This document shows positions 28,409 to 36,935 of a stretch of DNA of 64,000 nt, in pieces. Position 1 is the stretch's first letter, and the number at the start of each line of letters is the position of its first letter. The position numbers were made by a program, and so were the translations under genes. The stretch is taken from the NCBI GenBank assembly GCA_009691855.1, contig SIAI01000007.1, positions 33,935 to 97,934 on the forward strand, given 5' to 3'. Below the pieces are notes generated by a model. It made no database searches and was not told the origin of the DNA. It was given only the letters and a program-made list of their open reading frames with translations. This DNA is from Planctomycetota bacterium. GTDB taxonomy: Bacteria > Planctomycetota > UBA1135 > GCA-002686595.

Positions 28409-28493
28409 CATCCGGAGTGATCCACCCTGTGGTGGATCCGGCAACCTGGGAGGGCATCCCAAGGTGCCAGAGCCGTCCCTGAGGCGGCCGATG
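28409..28493 (+). promoter_or_regulatory. candidate SAM riboswitch aptamer (SAM-I / SAM-IV / SAM-I-IV clan)
   Basis: CAUC-CG-GAGUG-[AUCCACC CUGU GGUGGAU]-CCGGCAACC-[UGGGA GGGCA UCCCA]-AGGUGCCAGA-[GCCGUC..GCGGC]-C-GAUG. The junction strings GAGUG, CCGGCAACC and GGUGCC match the clan core. Met-pathway genes lie downstream. Confidence 0.5.
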
Positions 28494-28587
28494 GGGTCCG
28501 CGGCGCGTTGCCGCGGGCAACGAATTGCCTCGCGCGGCGGATGCCGCGCGCTCCGGCGGTCTCCAACCGAGAACCAAGGAGCCTGCC

Positions 28588-28926
28588 GTGACTCGAGCCC
28601 GAAACGAGCGTCCGTCCCCGACCGACCCCTCGAACAAGGACCACCACCTGTGGCGCAACGGGCGCCTGTGGTGGATCGCGTTCACGTTCCACACGCACGA
28701 GGGTAGGAAACACCGCGTGCGGCGCTCGCTCGGGACGGGCGCGGTGGAGCTGGCGCGCGAGCGGCGCGATGCGTTGCTGGCGCAATACGCGGCACGGCCG
28801 GGCTGGAGGCTCGCGCTACGTTTCGTCCCGCCCGGCGCGCACGAGCAAGAAACGAGCGAGCGTGAGCCCGCCCTCCACCCGTGCCGCGGAACGCCCGGCT
28901 TCCGTGTTCAACCCCTGAGCGCCTAG
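28588..28926 (+). pseudogene. tyrosine-integrase N-terminal (arm-binding) fragment, probably a remnant
   Basis: AAGGAG SD 6 nt before GTG 28588. HLWRNGRLWWIAFTFHTHEGRKHRVRRSLGTGAVELARERRDALL resembles integrase N-termini ('G.WW.r....GKr.R.SLGT.d...A...r'). No core-binding or catalytic domain follows, and the rest looks non-coding. Confidence 0.35.
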
Positions 28927-28940
28927 AGGAGAGCCCCGCC

Positions 28941-30137
28941 ATGAGCCCGCGCCTCGTTCCGTGCTCGAAGTCTGCCTTCGCGACCCGCGCCATCCACGGC
29001 GCGGGCGAAACGGATCCCGCGACAGGCGCGCTCGTCGCGCCGATCGTGCAATCGACTACCTATCGCCAGCTCGGGATCGGCCGCGACCTCGGGCACACCT
29101 ACAGCCGCGCCTCGAACCCGACCGTTGCGGCCCTCGAGCGCGCGCTCGGGAGCCTCGAGGGTTCGTTGCCGGCGCTGTGCACGTCGAGCGGCATGGCCGC
29201 GATCACGACCCTGTTCCTCGCCACCCTGCAGCACGGCCAGCGCGTCGTGTGCGGCGACGTCGTCTACGGCGGCACGGTGCGACTCCTGCGCCAAGTGCTG
29301 ACCGCGTTCGGAGTCGAAGCGGTCTTCGTCGACACCTCCGACGGGCCGGCGCTCGGGCGCGCGCTCGTCGGAGGCGCGCGCATCCTGTTCCTCGAGAGCC
29401 CGGCCAACCCGACGCTGAAGCTGACGGACCTCGCGGCGGCCTCGGCCGCGGCACGCGCGGCCGGCGCCCTGTGCGTGGTCGACAACACCTTCCTGACGCC
29501 AGCGCATCAGGATGCCTTCGCGCTCGGGGCGGACGTCGTCCTGCACTCGACCACGAAGTACCTCGAGGGACACAACGCGACGCTTGGCGGAGCGCTGCTG
29601 ACGAAGGATGCAAGGCTGCGCGAGCGGCTCGACCTCGTGCGCAAGTCGCTGGGCACGATCCAGGCCCCGTTCGAGGCCTGGCTGACGCTGCGCGGATTGA
29701 AGACGCTGGAGCTGCGGCTCGCGCGCCACGCAGCGAGCGCGCTCGCGCTCGCTCGGGCACTCGCCTCGCACCCGGCGGTCGCGCGCGTGCACTACCCGTG
29801 GCTCGACTCGTTCCCACAGCTCGAACTCGCGCGGCGACAGCAGAAGAGCGGCGGCGGGATCGTCGCCGTCGAGCTGGCGGGCGGACTCGCGGCCGCGAAG
29901 CGCTTCGTCGAAGCGCTCGAGCTCTGGTCGCTGGCCGAGAACCTGGGCGCCCCCGAAAGCATCGTCACGCACCCCGCGACGATGACGCACGCCGCCTACA
30001 CCTCCGAGGAGCGCGCGCGGCTCGCCATCACCGACGGGCTCGTGCGGCTCTCGGTCGGACTCGAGGATCCAGCCGATCTGCTTGCCGATCTGGAGCAGGC
30101 CCTGCGCGCCGTCGAAACGGCGGAGGTGAGCGCGTGA
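28941..30137 (+). CDS. PLP-dependent trans-sulfuration enzyme (cystathionine gamma-synthase / O-acylhomoserine sulfhydrylase-like)
   Basis: AGGAGAG SD before ATG 28941. FATRAIHGAGETDP...VAPIVQSTTY. PLP-lysine motif HSTTKYLEGHN. Confidence 0.85.
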   Translation: MSPRLVPCSKSAFATRAIHGAGETDPATGALVAPIVQSTTYRQLGIGRDLGHTYSRASNPTVAALERALGSLEGSLPALCTSSGMAAITTLFLATLQHGQRVVCGDVVYGGTVRLLRQVLTAFGVEAVFVDTSDGPALGRALVGGARILFLESPANPTLKLTDLAAASAAARAAGALCVVDNTFLTPAHQDAFALGADVVLHSTTKYLEGHNATLGGALLTKDARLRERLDLVRKSLGTIQAPFEAWLTLRGLKTLELRLARHAASALALARALASHPAVARVHYPWLDSFPQLELARRQQKSGGGIVAVELAGGLAAAKRFVEALELWSLAENLGAPESIVTHPATMTHAAYTSEERARLAITDGLVRLSVGLEDPADLLADLEQALRAVETAEVSA

Positions 30138-31867
30138 GCGCGCCTGTCGTCGTCCTGAAGTTCGGCAGCTCGGTCCTGCGCGGACTCGCGGACCTGCCCG
30201 AGGCCGTGAACGAAGTCTACCGCCACTATCGCGCGGGCGCGCGCGTCGTGGTGGTCGCCTCGGCGCTCGGCAGCACGACCGACGAGCTGCTGGAAAAAGC
30301 GCGCGCGCTCGCGGCGGACAGCGAGCACGCCGAACCCGAGCCCGAGGCCCTGGCCGCCCTGCTCGCGACGGGCGAGCGCGCCGCGGTCGAGTACCTGACG
30401 CTGGCACTGCAAGCGGCCGGCTTGCCGGCGCGCTCGCTCCCGCCGGAGCGAGCCGGGCTCTGCGTGGCTGGTACGACGCTCGACGCCGCGCCGGTCGCGG
30501 TCGATTCGGTCGCGCTCAAGCGCGAGCTCGCGCGCCACTCGATCCTGGTCCTGCCGGGCTTCGTCGGGCTCGACCAGGAGGGCCGCCTCGCGCTGCTCGG
30601 GCGCGGCGGTTCGGACCTCTCGGCCCTGGCCTTCGCCGCGGCGCTGGGGGCCGAGCGCTGCCTGCTCCTGAAGGATGTAGACGGTCTCTACGAGCGCGAC
30701 CCGGCGCTCCCGGGCCCGCCTCCGCGCCGCTTCGGCGCGCTGCCCTTCGCCAGGGCACTCGCGCTCGAGGAGGGCGTCGTGCAGCACAAGGCCATCCGCT
30801 ACGCGGCGCTGTGCGGGACGAGCTTCGAGGTCGGCGGCGTGGGCCACGACGAGACGACCCGCATCGGCCCCGCCGCGGCGCGCTTTGCCGCGCGCCCGGC
30901 TCCGCGCCCGCTGCGGGTCGCCCTGGCCGGGCTGGGCGTGGTCGGAGGCGGGGTCCTGACCGAACTGCGCCGCGCGCGCGCTCGCTTCGAGCTCGTGGGC
31001 GTCGCCAGCCGCTCCATGGAGCGCCTCGCGCCGTGGCCCGAGGCCCGCCTGCTGTGGACGGGCGAGCCCCTCGAACTCCTCGAACGCTCGCCCGACGTGT
31101 TCGTCGAGCTGACCGGTGCACACGAGGCAGAAGCCTGGATCCGCTGCGCCCTCGCGCGCGGGATCCACGTGGTCAGCGCGCACAAGGAGCTGCTCGCCCG
31201 GCGCGGCGTCGAGCTCGGAGTGCTGGCAAACGCGAGCCGCGTCACACTCGCGTGCTCGGCCGCAGTCGGCGGCGCCCTGCCGGCCCTCGAGTGCGTGCAG
31301 CGTCTCGCCACGCGCGGACCGCTGGCGCGCATCGAAGGCGTGCTGAACGCGACCACGAACTACCTCCTGACGCTGGCCGAGGACGGGCTCTCGCTCTCCG
31401 AGGCCCTTGCGCGCGCGCGCGCACGCGGGCTCGTCGAGCGCGAGCCCGCACGCGATCTCGACGGTCACGATGCCCTCGCCAAGCTCGTCCTGCTCGTACG
31501 CGCCGGCTTCGGCGTCGACCTCGATCCCGAGTCGCTCCCGCGCGCCCGCCTCGACGAAGGCCTCTTCGCCGCAGCCCGCCGGGCACACGCCGGCGGCGCC
31601 TGCCTCCGTCTCGTCGCGCGCGCGCACACCCTGGGCACGCGTGTCACGGCCGAGCTCATTGCCGTACGCCTGCCCGCGCGACACGCGCTTGCGGCGCGCG
31701 GGCTCGAGAATCGCCTGTGCGTGACGCACATCGACGGCACGAGCGAGAGCTTGCGCGCGGCCGGCGCCGGGCGTGGACCGACCACGGTGTCGGTGCTCGC
31801 GGATCTGCTGGATCTCTGGCGCGCGCAGCGGCCGGCCCAGAGCGCGGCGCGGAGGGTGCGCGCATGA
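30134..31867 (+). CDS. aspartokinase-homoserine dehydrogenase fusion without ACT domains
   Basis: GTG 30134 overlaps the upstream stop (GTGA). AK motifs VVVLKFGSSVL and LGRGGSDLSALAFAAALGAE...KDVDGLYERDP. HSDH motifs RVALAGLGVVGGGV, SAAVGGALP, GVLNATTNYLL, DLDGHDALAKLVLL. Only ~40 aa link the two halves. Confidence 0.8.
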   Translation: MSAPVVVLKFGSSVLRGLADLPEAVNEVYRHYRAGARVVVVASALGSTTDELLEKARALAADSEHAEPEPEALAALLATGERAAVEYLTLALQAAGLPARSLPPERAGLCVAGTTLDAAPVAVDSVALKRELARHSILVLPGFVGLDQEGRLALLGRGGSDLSALAFAAALGAERCLLLKDVDGLYERDPALPGPPPRRFGALPFARALALEEGVVQHKAIRYAALCGTSFEVGGVGHDETTRIGPAAARFAARPAPRPLRVALAGLGVVGGGVLTELRRARARFELVGVASRSMERLAPWPEARLLWTGEPLELLERSPDVFVELTGAHEAEAWIRCALARGIHVVSAHKELLARRGVELGVLANASRVTLACSAAVGGALPALECVQRLATRGPLARIEGVLNATTNYLLTLAEDGLSLSEALARARARGLVEREPARDLDGHDALAKLVLLVRAGFGVDLDPESLPRARLDEGLFAAARRAHAGGACLRLVARAHTLGTRVTAELIAVRLPARHALAARGLENRLCVTHIDGTSESLRAAGAGRGPTTVSVLADLLDLWRAQRPAQSAARRVRA

Positions 31868-33030
31868 GGCCCGCCACGCGGCTCGTGCGCTTCGAGGCGG
31901 CCCCGGGTGACCCCTGGCGGCCGCTCTCGACCCCGATCTACCAGACGGCGGCGTTCGAGCAGGAATCGGCCACCGAGTTCGGCGCCTACGACTACACCCG
32001 CAGCGGCAACCCGACGCGGCACGTGCTCGAGCGCGAGCTCGCGGCCCTCGAGGACGGTGCTCACGCCGTTGCCTTCACGAGCGGCATGGCGGCGCTCTCG
32101 GCCGTCACGCGCCTCGCCGCGCGCGGGCGCATCGTGGCCGGGCTCGACTTGTACGGCGGCACGCACCGGTTGCTGGCACACGTGTGCGAGCCGCTGGGGA
32201 TCGAGGTCGAGCGCGTCGACCTCGCCGACGCGCTCGCAAGCGCGCGCGCGCTCGCTCGCCGGACCGACCTCGTGCTTGTCGAGTCTCCCAGCAACCCCCT
32301 GCTCGGAGTCGTCGATGTGCGCGCCCTCGCCGAGCTCTGCCGCGCGCACGGCGCGCTGCTGTGTGTCGACGGCAGCCTGTGTCCGCCGGCCTATCAGCAG
32401 CCGCTCGCCCTCGGCGCCGATCTCGTCGTCCACAGCGCCACCAAGTACCTGTGCGGCCACGGCGACGTGACCGCCGGCGTCGTCAGCACGCGCTCGCGCC
32501 CGCTGTTCGAACGCCTTGCCTTCACTCAGAACGCCGAGGGCGCCGGTCTCGCCCCGTTCGAGTGCTGGCTGCTTCTGCGCGGACTCAAGACTCTCCCCCT
32601 GCGCTTCACCGCGCAGCAGCGCCACGCCCGCCACCTCGCGAGATTCCTCGCCGCCCATCCGCTCGTCACGCGCGTCCACTACCCAGGCCTGGTCACGCAC
32701 CCCGGCCACGCTCTGCACCGCGCCCAGTCGAGCGGCGACGGAGCCGTGCTCTCCTTCGAGACCGGCGACGTCGAGTTCTCGCGCCGCCTCGTCGAAGCGC
32801 TCGAGCTCTTCTCGATCGCAGTCAGCTTCGGCAGCGTCCACTCTCAGGCCACACTCCCTTGCCACATGTCCCACCGCTCCATCCCGGCCCGCGAACGCCA
32901 CGGTCTGCCCCCCGATCTCGTGCGTTTGAGCGTCGGCATCGAGGACCTGCGCGATCTGCGCGCCGATCTGGAGCAGGCCTTGCTCTGCCGCCCTGCCGAG
33001 CAGGAGACGATCGGCGTCCGCGGACCTTGA
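31864..33030 (+). CDS. PLP-dependent cystathionine beta-lyase/gamma-synthase family enzyme
   Basis: ATG 31864 overlaps the upstream stop (ATGA). PIYQTAAFE, YTRSGNPT. PLP-lysine motif HSATKYLCGHGD. Confidence 0.85.
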   Translation: MRPATRLVRFEAAPGDPWRPLSTPIYQTAAFEQESATEFGAYDYTRSGNPTRHVLERELAALEDGAHAVAFTSGMAALSAVTRLAARGRIVAGLDLYGGTHRLLAHVCEPLGIEVERVDLADALASARALARRTDLVLVESPSNPLLGVVDVRALAELCRAHGALLCVDGSLCPPAYQQPLALGADLVVHSATKYLCGHGDVTAGVVSTRSRPLFERLAFTQNAEGAGLAPFECWLLLRGLKTLPLRFTAQQRHARHLARFLAAHPLVTRVHYPGLVTHPGHALHRAQSSGDGAVLSFETGDVEFSRRLVEALELFSIAVSFGSVHSQATLPCHMSHRSIPARERHGLPPDLVRLSVGIEDLRDLRADLEQALLCRPAEQETIGVRGP

Positions 33031-33359
33031 GCCGTACGCACGGACAGGTGGACTGGTTGCTGGAGGAGCGCCTTCTCCGTCGGCTCGCAGAACTCGGCTT
33101 CCAGGTCGACCCCCGAAGGGGGCGCTTCTCTCGCTTGACCGTCGCGCGCACGCGCGAGGCGGGACGCCAGCGCTTCGGGTAGGTACCGAGTCACGGCACA
33201 GCTCGCCGTTTCCTCGCCGCCGAGCAGAATCGCCGAAGCCTGGCGCGCCTCGGTACTCGCGAGCCTTCATCGGGACGGAGGTTGCCCATGGCGCGACGGA
33301 ATCGCTGCGAGTTGCTGCTCGAGGTGGAACCGCGCCTGGCCGCGGATACCATCCGCGGG

Positions 33360-33983
33360 ATGCGTAGCGACCAGGCACGAGCTCGCGCCGCACGCGGCCT
33401 CGGCCCCCTCCTGGCGTGCCTGCTGTCGTGCTGCGTCTCGATCGGGACGATCGAGGGCTATCGGGCGAGCGGGCCGGGCGCTCGGTACTGCGGGCCGCTC
33501 CCGCCGCTGTGCGACGACACCTGGGAGATTCCCCTGCCCGCAGGAGCGGCCGTGATCGTCCTGGCCACGCGCGGCTCCGTGTATCCGACGCCCTTCGAGC
33601 AGCTCCTCCTGGACGTGCGTCTGCTGATCCCCGACGGCGTGACCGTGCAGATGCTGTCGAACGATCTCGTGCTCAGCTCCGCCGAGTGGTCGCGGCCGCG
33701 AGTCGTTCCCGTGCTGCGCATCGAGGACTGGACGACCACGGATCCAGCGGCGCGCACGCTCGCGGCGGGCGCCGCCCTACGAGGCTCGGCGCGGACAGCC
33801 GTGCATCCGGGGTTCGGTCTGTCCCTGGTGACGGAGGGACCGCGCGCGCAGACCGGGATTCCCTGGGTCGGCGAGTTCCAGCTCCAGCTTCCGACTCTGC
33901 GCGTGGATGGAAGAACGCTCGTGCTCGAGCCGCTGCGCTTCGAGGGCTACGCGAGCTCCGGCGTCCGGCTCGCGCCGGATTGA
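33360..33983 (+). CDS. hypothetical lipoprotein
   Basis: ATG 33360 gives MRSDQARARAARGLGPLLACLLSCC (lipobox-like). No family recognised. Confidence 0.45.
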   Translation: MRSDQARARAARGLGPLLACLLSCCVSIGTIEGYRASGPGARYCGPLPPLCDDTWEIPLPAGAAVIVLATRGSVYPTPFEQLLLDVRLLIPDGVTVQMLSNDLVLSSAEWSRPRVVPVLRIEDWTTTDPAARTLAAGAALRGSARTAVHPGFGLSLVTEGPRAQTGIPWVGEFQLQLPTLRVDGRTLVLEPLRFEGYASSGVRLAPD

Positions 33984-34121
33984 GCGGCGCGAGCGGCGCC
34001 GGGTGGTGAGAGCCCGTGGGCCGGGTGCGGCGCCCTGCTTCCACCCGCGCGTTCGGGTTGCGCTCGATCCCCTGAACCACCCGCGTCGAGGGCGGGCATG
34101 ATGGGGTGAGGAACCTGGACG

Positions 34122-35519
34122 ATGGCCCCCGACCACTGGCTCGAGCTGTACCGCGACGCCGTGGACCTCGACGGCGACGGGGACGAGGATCTGGTCTGGT
34201 TCAGCGCGGGCGTGCGCTGGACGGAGAACGTGACCGGGAACGGGCCGGAGTTCGACGATCATCCGCTCTACGGCGCTCCCGCCTTGTTTCTCGGACGCGC
34301 CCTCCTCGTGCAGGACCTGGATCGTGACGGAGATCTCGACGTGATCTCGGCCGCCTCCACGAGCTCAGCGACCTATCCGCACGTCATCCTCTGGCACGAG
34401 AACTCGAACGGCGACGCGAGCGCCTGGCGGACGCGCGCGATCCAGGTGCCTGACGGTCCGGTCGGGACGCTATCCGCGGGGGAAGTCGATGGCGATGGGG
34501 ATGTCGATCTCATGGCAGGCCTGAGCTCGTCGCCGGCCCTGCCCTCCGTCGTCGGCTCGTATTCCTGGTACGAGAACCGCCTGTCCAGCGGGCGCTCCTG
34601 GAAGGCGCACCTCATGGACGTCGGGATCCGTGCGAGTCACCGGGAGATCCACGTCGCGGACGTGGATGGGGACGGTGATGTCGATGCCCTGTTCTCCACG
34701 ACCCCGGAGGCAACCTCGCAGCCGAACCCGGTCGGTTGGCTCGAGAACCTGGCCGGGGACGGCTCGGTCTGGGGGCACCACCTGCTCGGCTCGGTCGGTT
34801 CCCTCGGTCCGTCACGAGAGCTCCTCGCGGCCGTCGAGCTGGACCGAGACGGGGACACCGACGTGCTGCGGGCTTCGCCGCTCGGGCTGGTCTGGTCCGA
34901 GAACCTCGACGGCAGCGGCACGAGCTGGATCGAGGAGACTCTGTTCCTCGGCTCGCCAGGCGAGCTCTGCTCCTTCGCCGACGTGGATGCGGACGGCGAC
35001 CGGGACGTGCTGGTCCAGCGCCGGATCCTCGGTCCTTCCTCGCAGGTCAGGCTGAGCTGGTACGAGAACGAGACTGCGGTCACGCCCTACGGCAGCGACG
35101 TGAATCCGCCGCGCAGCCTGAGGTTGCTCTCCGGCACGCCGTCGATCGGTCAGGCGCTGACCTTCGGCCTCGACAGTCCGCTCGACACCCAGGCGAGCGG
35201 CGCGTGGACCTATCTCTCCATCGCCACCGAGCCCGAGGATGAGTTCCCGGCCGGCGACCTGCCGAACTGGGGCATGGCCGGGCCCGGAGCCGCGGGCGAG
35301 CTGCTGATCGCTTACTCGGGCGGCAACCCGGTGAAGATCGTCGCCGGTCCGCCGTGGCCCGGCCCGGGCACGCCTGCCTCGATCGCGGTCGCCGTGCCGA
35401 ACGATCCGAGCCTCGTTGGCCGGCGCGTGTACTTCCAGGGCGCGCTGATCGACCCCGGCGCGTCGCTCGGAGTGCGCTTCGGACTGACGAACGCGCTGCG
35501 CGTCGAGCTCGGGCCGTGA
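34122..35519 (+). CDS. FG-GAP/VCBS-repeat beta-propeller protein, paralogue 1 (no signal peptide, probably 5'-truncated copy)
   Basis: Repeats DLDGDGDEDLV, DLDRDGDLDVI, EVDGDGDVDLM, DVDGDGDVDAL, ELDRDGDTDVL, DVDADGDRDVL, each followed by W.EN motifs. The C-terminal ~150 aa are highly similar to 37999..39564. Confidence 0.75.
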   Translation: MAPDHWLELYRDAVDLDGDGDEDLVWFSAGVRWTENVTGNGPEFDDHPLYGAPALFLGRALLVQDLDRDGDLDVISAASTSSATYPHVILWHENSNGDASAWRTRAIQVPDGPVGTLSAGEVDGDGDVDLMAGLSSSPALPSVVGSYSWYENRLSSGRSWKAHLMDVGIRASHREIHVADVDGDGDVDALFSTTPEATSQPNPVGWLENLAGDGSVWGHHLLGSVGSLGPSRELLAAVELDRDGDTDVLRASPLGLVWSENLDGSGTSWIEETLFLGSPGELCSFADVDADGDRDVLVQRRILGPSSQVRLSWYENETAVTPYGSDVNPPRSLRLLSGTPSIGQALTFGLDSPLDTQASGAWTYLSIATEPEDEFPAGDLPNWGMAGPGAAGELLIAYSGGNPVKIVAGPPWPGPGTPASIAVAVPNDPSLVGRRVYFQGALIDPGASLGVRFGLTNALRVELGP

Positions 35520-35525
35520 GCGGGA

Positions 35526-36899
35526 TCAGCGCATGTCGACGCGAGTTCCGGTGAGTGCGCCGCGCGGGGTGCTCAGGCGCGCAGTTTGCGCGCGGCCGGT
35601 GGCGTCGCGCTCAAACTCGATCTCGTAGGCATTCGAGAACAGGGCGTAGCGCATCTCGGAGAGCGGCAAGAGCTCCTCTTCCTCGCCGTCGTCGCGGTGC
35701 GCGAAGAGGCGTCCCTCGTGGACGAAGACGCGCACGCGGAAGCCCGGGTAGGCGTACTCGGCGGCGAGCGTGGCGAAGACTTCCGGCGCAACGGCAACGG
35801 GCGCGTGGTCGGGGCGCGCGGGCAGGGGATGGGTGAAGCGCTCGACGCGCAGCTCGCCCAGGCGCGGCGCCTCGCGCGCGGCACCCGTCTGCGCGGCCAG
35901 GACCTGCTCGGCGAGCCCCCAGCAGTCGGGCCCGTTCACCTCGCGCTCGTTGTCCGTGTCGCCGCGGTGAACGAAGACGAGCTCGGCTCCGGGCGCGACC
36001 AGCAGGAACTGGCCGCCCGTGCCGCGCGCGGCGAATAGGTCGTGCGCATTCAAGTGCGGGTAGGCGGCGAGCGAACCGGCGCGGTAGGTCCACCACAGGA
36101 AGCCGTAGCCTCGGCCTTCGGCGGAGTCCTCGTGCGGAGTCGTGCTGCGTTCGATCCAGCTCGCGGGCAGGAGCTCGCGTCCGTTCCAGGCGCCGTGCTT
36201 GCGGTACAGCTCGCCGAAGCGCGCCAGGTCGCGCGCGGACATGCGGAACGCGTGGGCCGGAAAGCGCGAGTACGAGGGCGTGAGCTCGGCGAACACGTCC
36301 TGCGCGCGGAAGTCCTGCATGCCGAGGGGTCGGGCGAGGCGCTCGAGGAAGGCCGTGGCCACGGTGCTCTTCGTCGCCCGCTCGAAGAGCGTGCCGAGCA
36401 CGTTGAAGTCCCAGTTGTTGTAGTGGAAGAACTCGCCCGGTGCGTGGCTGCCGCGGGCCGGACGCTCGGCGCGCATGTCGGACGGTTCTTTGGCCGCGGG
36501 ATGGTAGACGCCCGAGCGCGCGCCCAGCAGATCGGTGACGGTGGCGCGCTTCTCGACCTCGCTCAGCGGCTGCAGGTCGTCGATGCCCAGCTCTGCAAGC
36601 GTGTCGTCCAGCGCCAGCGCCCCCTGCGCGACGGCCAGGCCGACCAGCGCGTTCATCAGGGACTTGCGCACCGAGTGGCACTCGTAGCGCCGTTCGACCT
36701 CGCCCCAGGCGAGCAGCGCGTATCCCCGGTACACCGCGAACACAGCCGCCGAACCGGCCTGGTCGGCGAACTCCCACGCGGCGGCCAGGCGCTCGGCGGA
36801 GAAGCCGGCTTCCTCCGGCGTCGCGTACTGACGCCAGCCGGCGGAGTCTTGGGTCAGGACGAGGGCGCTACATAGGGCGGCGAGGAACATGTGCGGCAC
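35526..36899 (-). CDS. beta-lactamase-fold serine hydrolase
   Basis: Signal-like MPHMFLAALCSALVLTQD. S-x-x-K motif CHSVRKSL. Y-x-N motif HYNNWDF. Confidence 0.85.
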   Translation of the reverse strand: MPHMFLAALCSALVLTQDSAGWRQYATPEEAGFSAERLAAAWEFADQAGSAAVFAVYRGYALLAWGEVERRYECHSVRKSLMNALVGLAVAQGALALDDTLAELGIDDLQPLSEVEKRATVTDLLGARSGVYHPAAKEPSDMRAERPARGSHAPGEFFHYNNWDFNVLGTLFERATKSTVATAFLERLARPLGMQDFRAQDVFAELTPSYSRFPAHAFRMSARDLARFGELYRKHGAWNGRELLPASWIERSTTPHEDSAEGRGYGFLWWTYRAGSLAAYPHLNAHDLFAARGTGGQFLLVAPGAELVFVHRGDTDNEREVNGPDCWGLAEQVLAAQTGAAREAPRLGELRVERFTHPLPARPDHAPVAVAPEVFATLAAEYAYPGFRVRVFVHEGRLFAHRDDGEEEELLPLSEMRYALFSNAYEIEFERDATGRAQTARLSTPRGALTGTRVDMR

Positions 36900-36935
36900 C
36901 CTATCCGCCGCCGGGAGACGACGCCTTGATCGCGG

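Noticed and set aside
28541-28591. ATG-initiated mini-ORF (MPRAPAVSNREPRSLP*) as a possible leader peptide for the Met cluster.
   Set aside because: It has no Met/Cys codon enrichment and no SD. It overlaps the hairpin at 28531-28550, so there is nothing to support attenuation.
33048-33182. 45-codon ORF (VDWLLEERLLRRLAELGFQVDPRRGRFSRLTVAR...) resembling a HicA-type toxin.
   Set aside because: It is too short and lacks the conserved GSH/His core. There is no partner antitoxin and the coding signal is weak. The resemblance is probably chance, or at best a degraded remnant.
33984-34121. ORFs 33282..33983 and 34122..35519 are in the same frame and separated by two TGA codons, checked as possible further read-through or Sec sites.
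   Set aside because: The 46 intervening codons have poor GC3 and a non-protein-like translation. No SECIS-like hairpin follows either TGA, and the flanking proteins are unrelated. This is coincidence.
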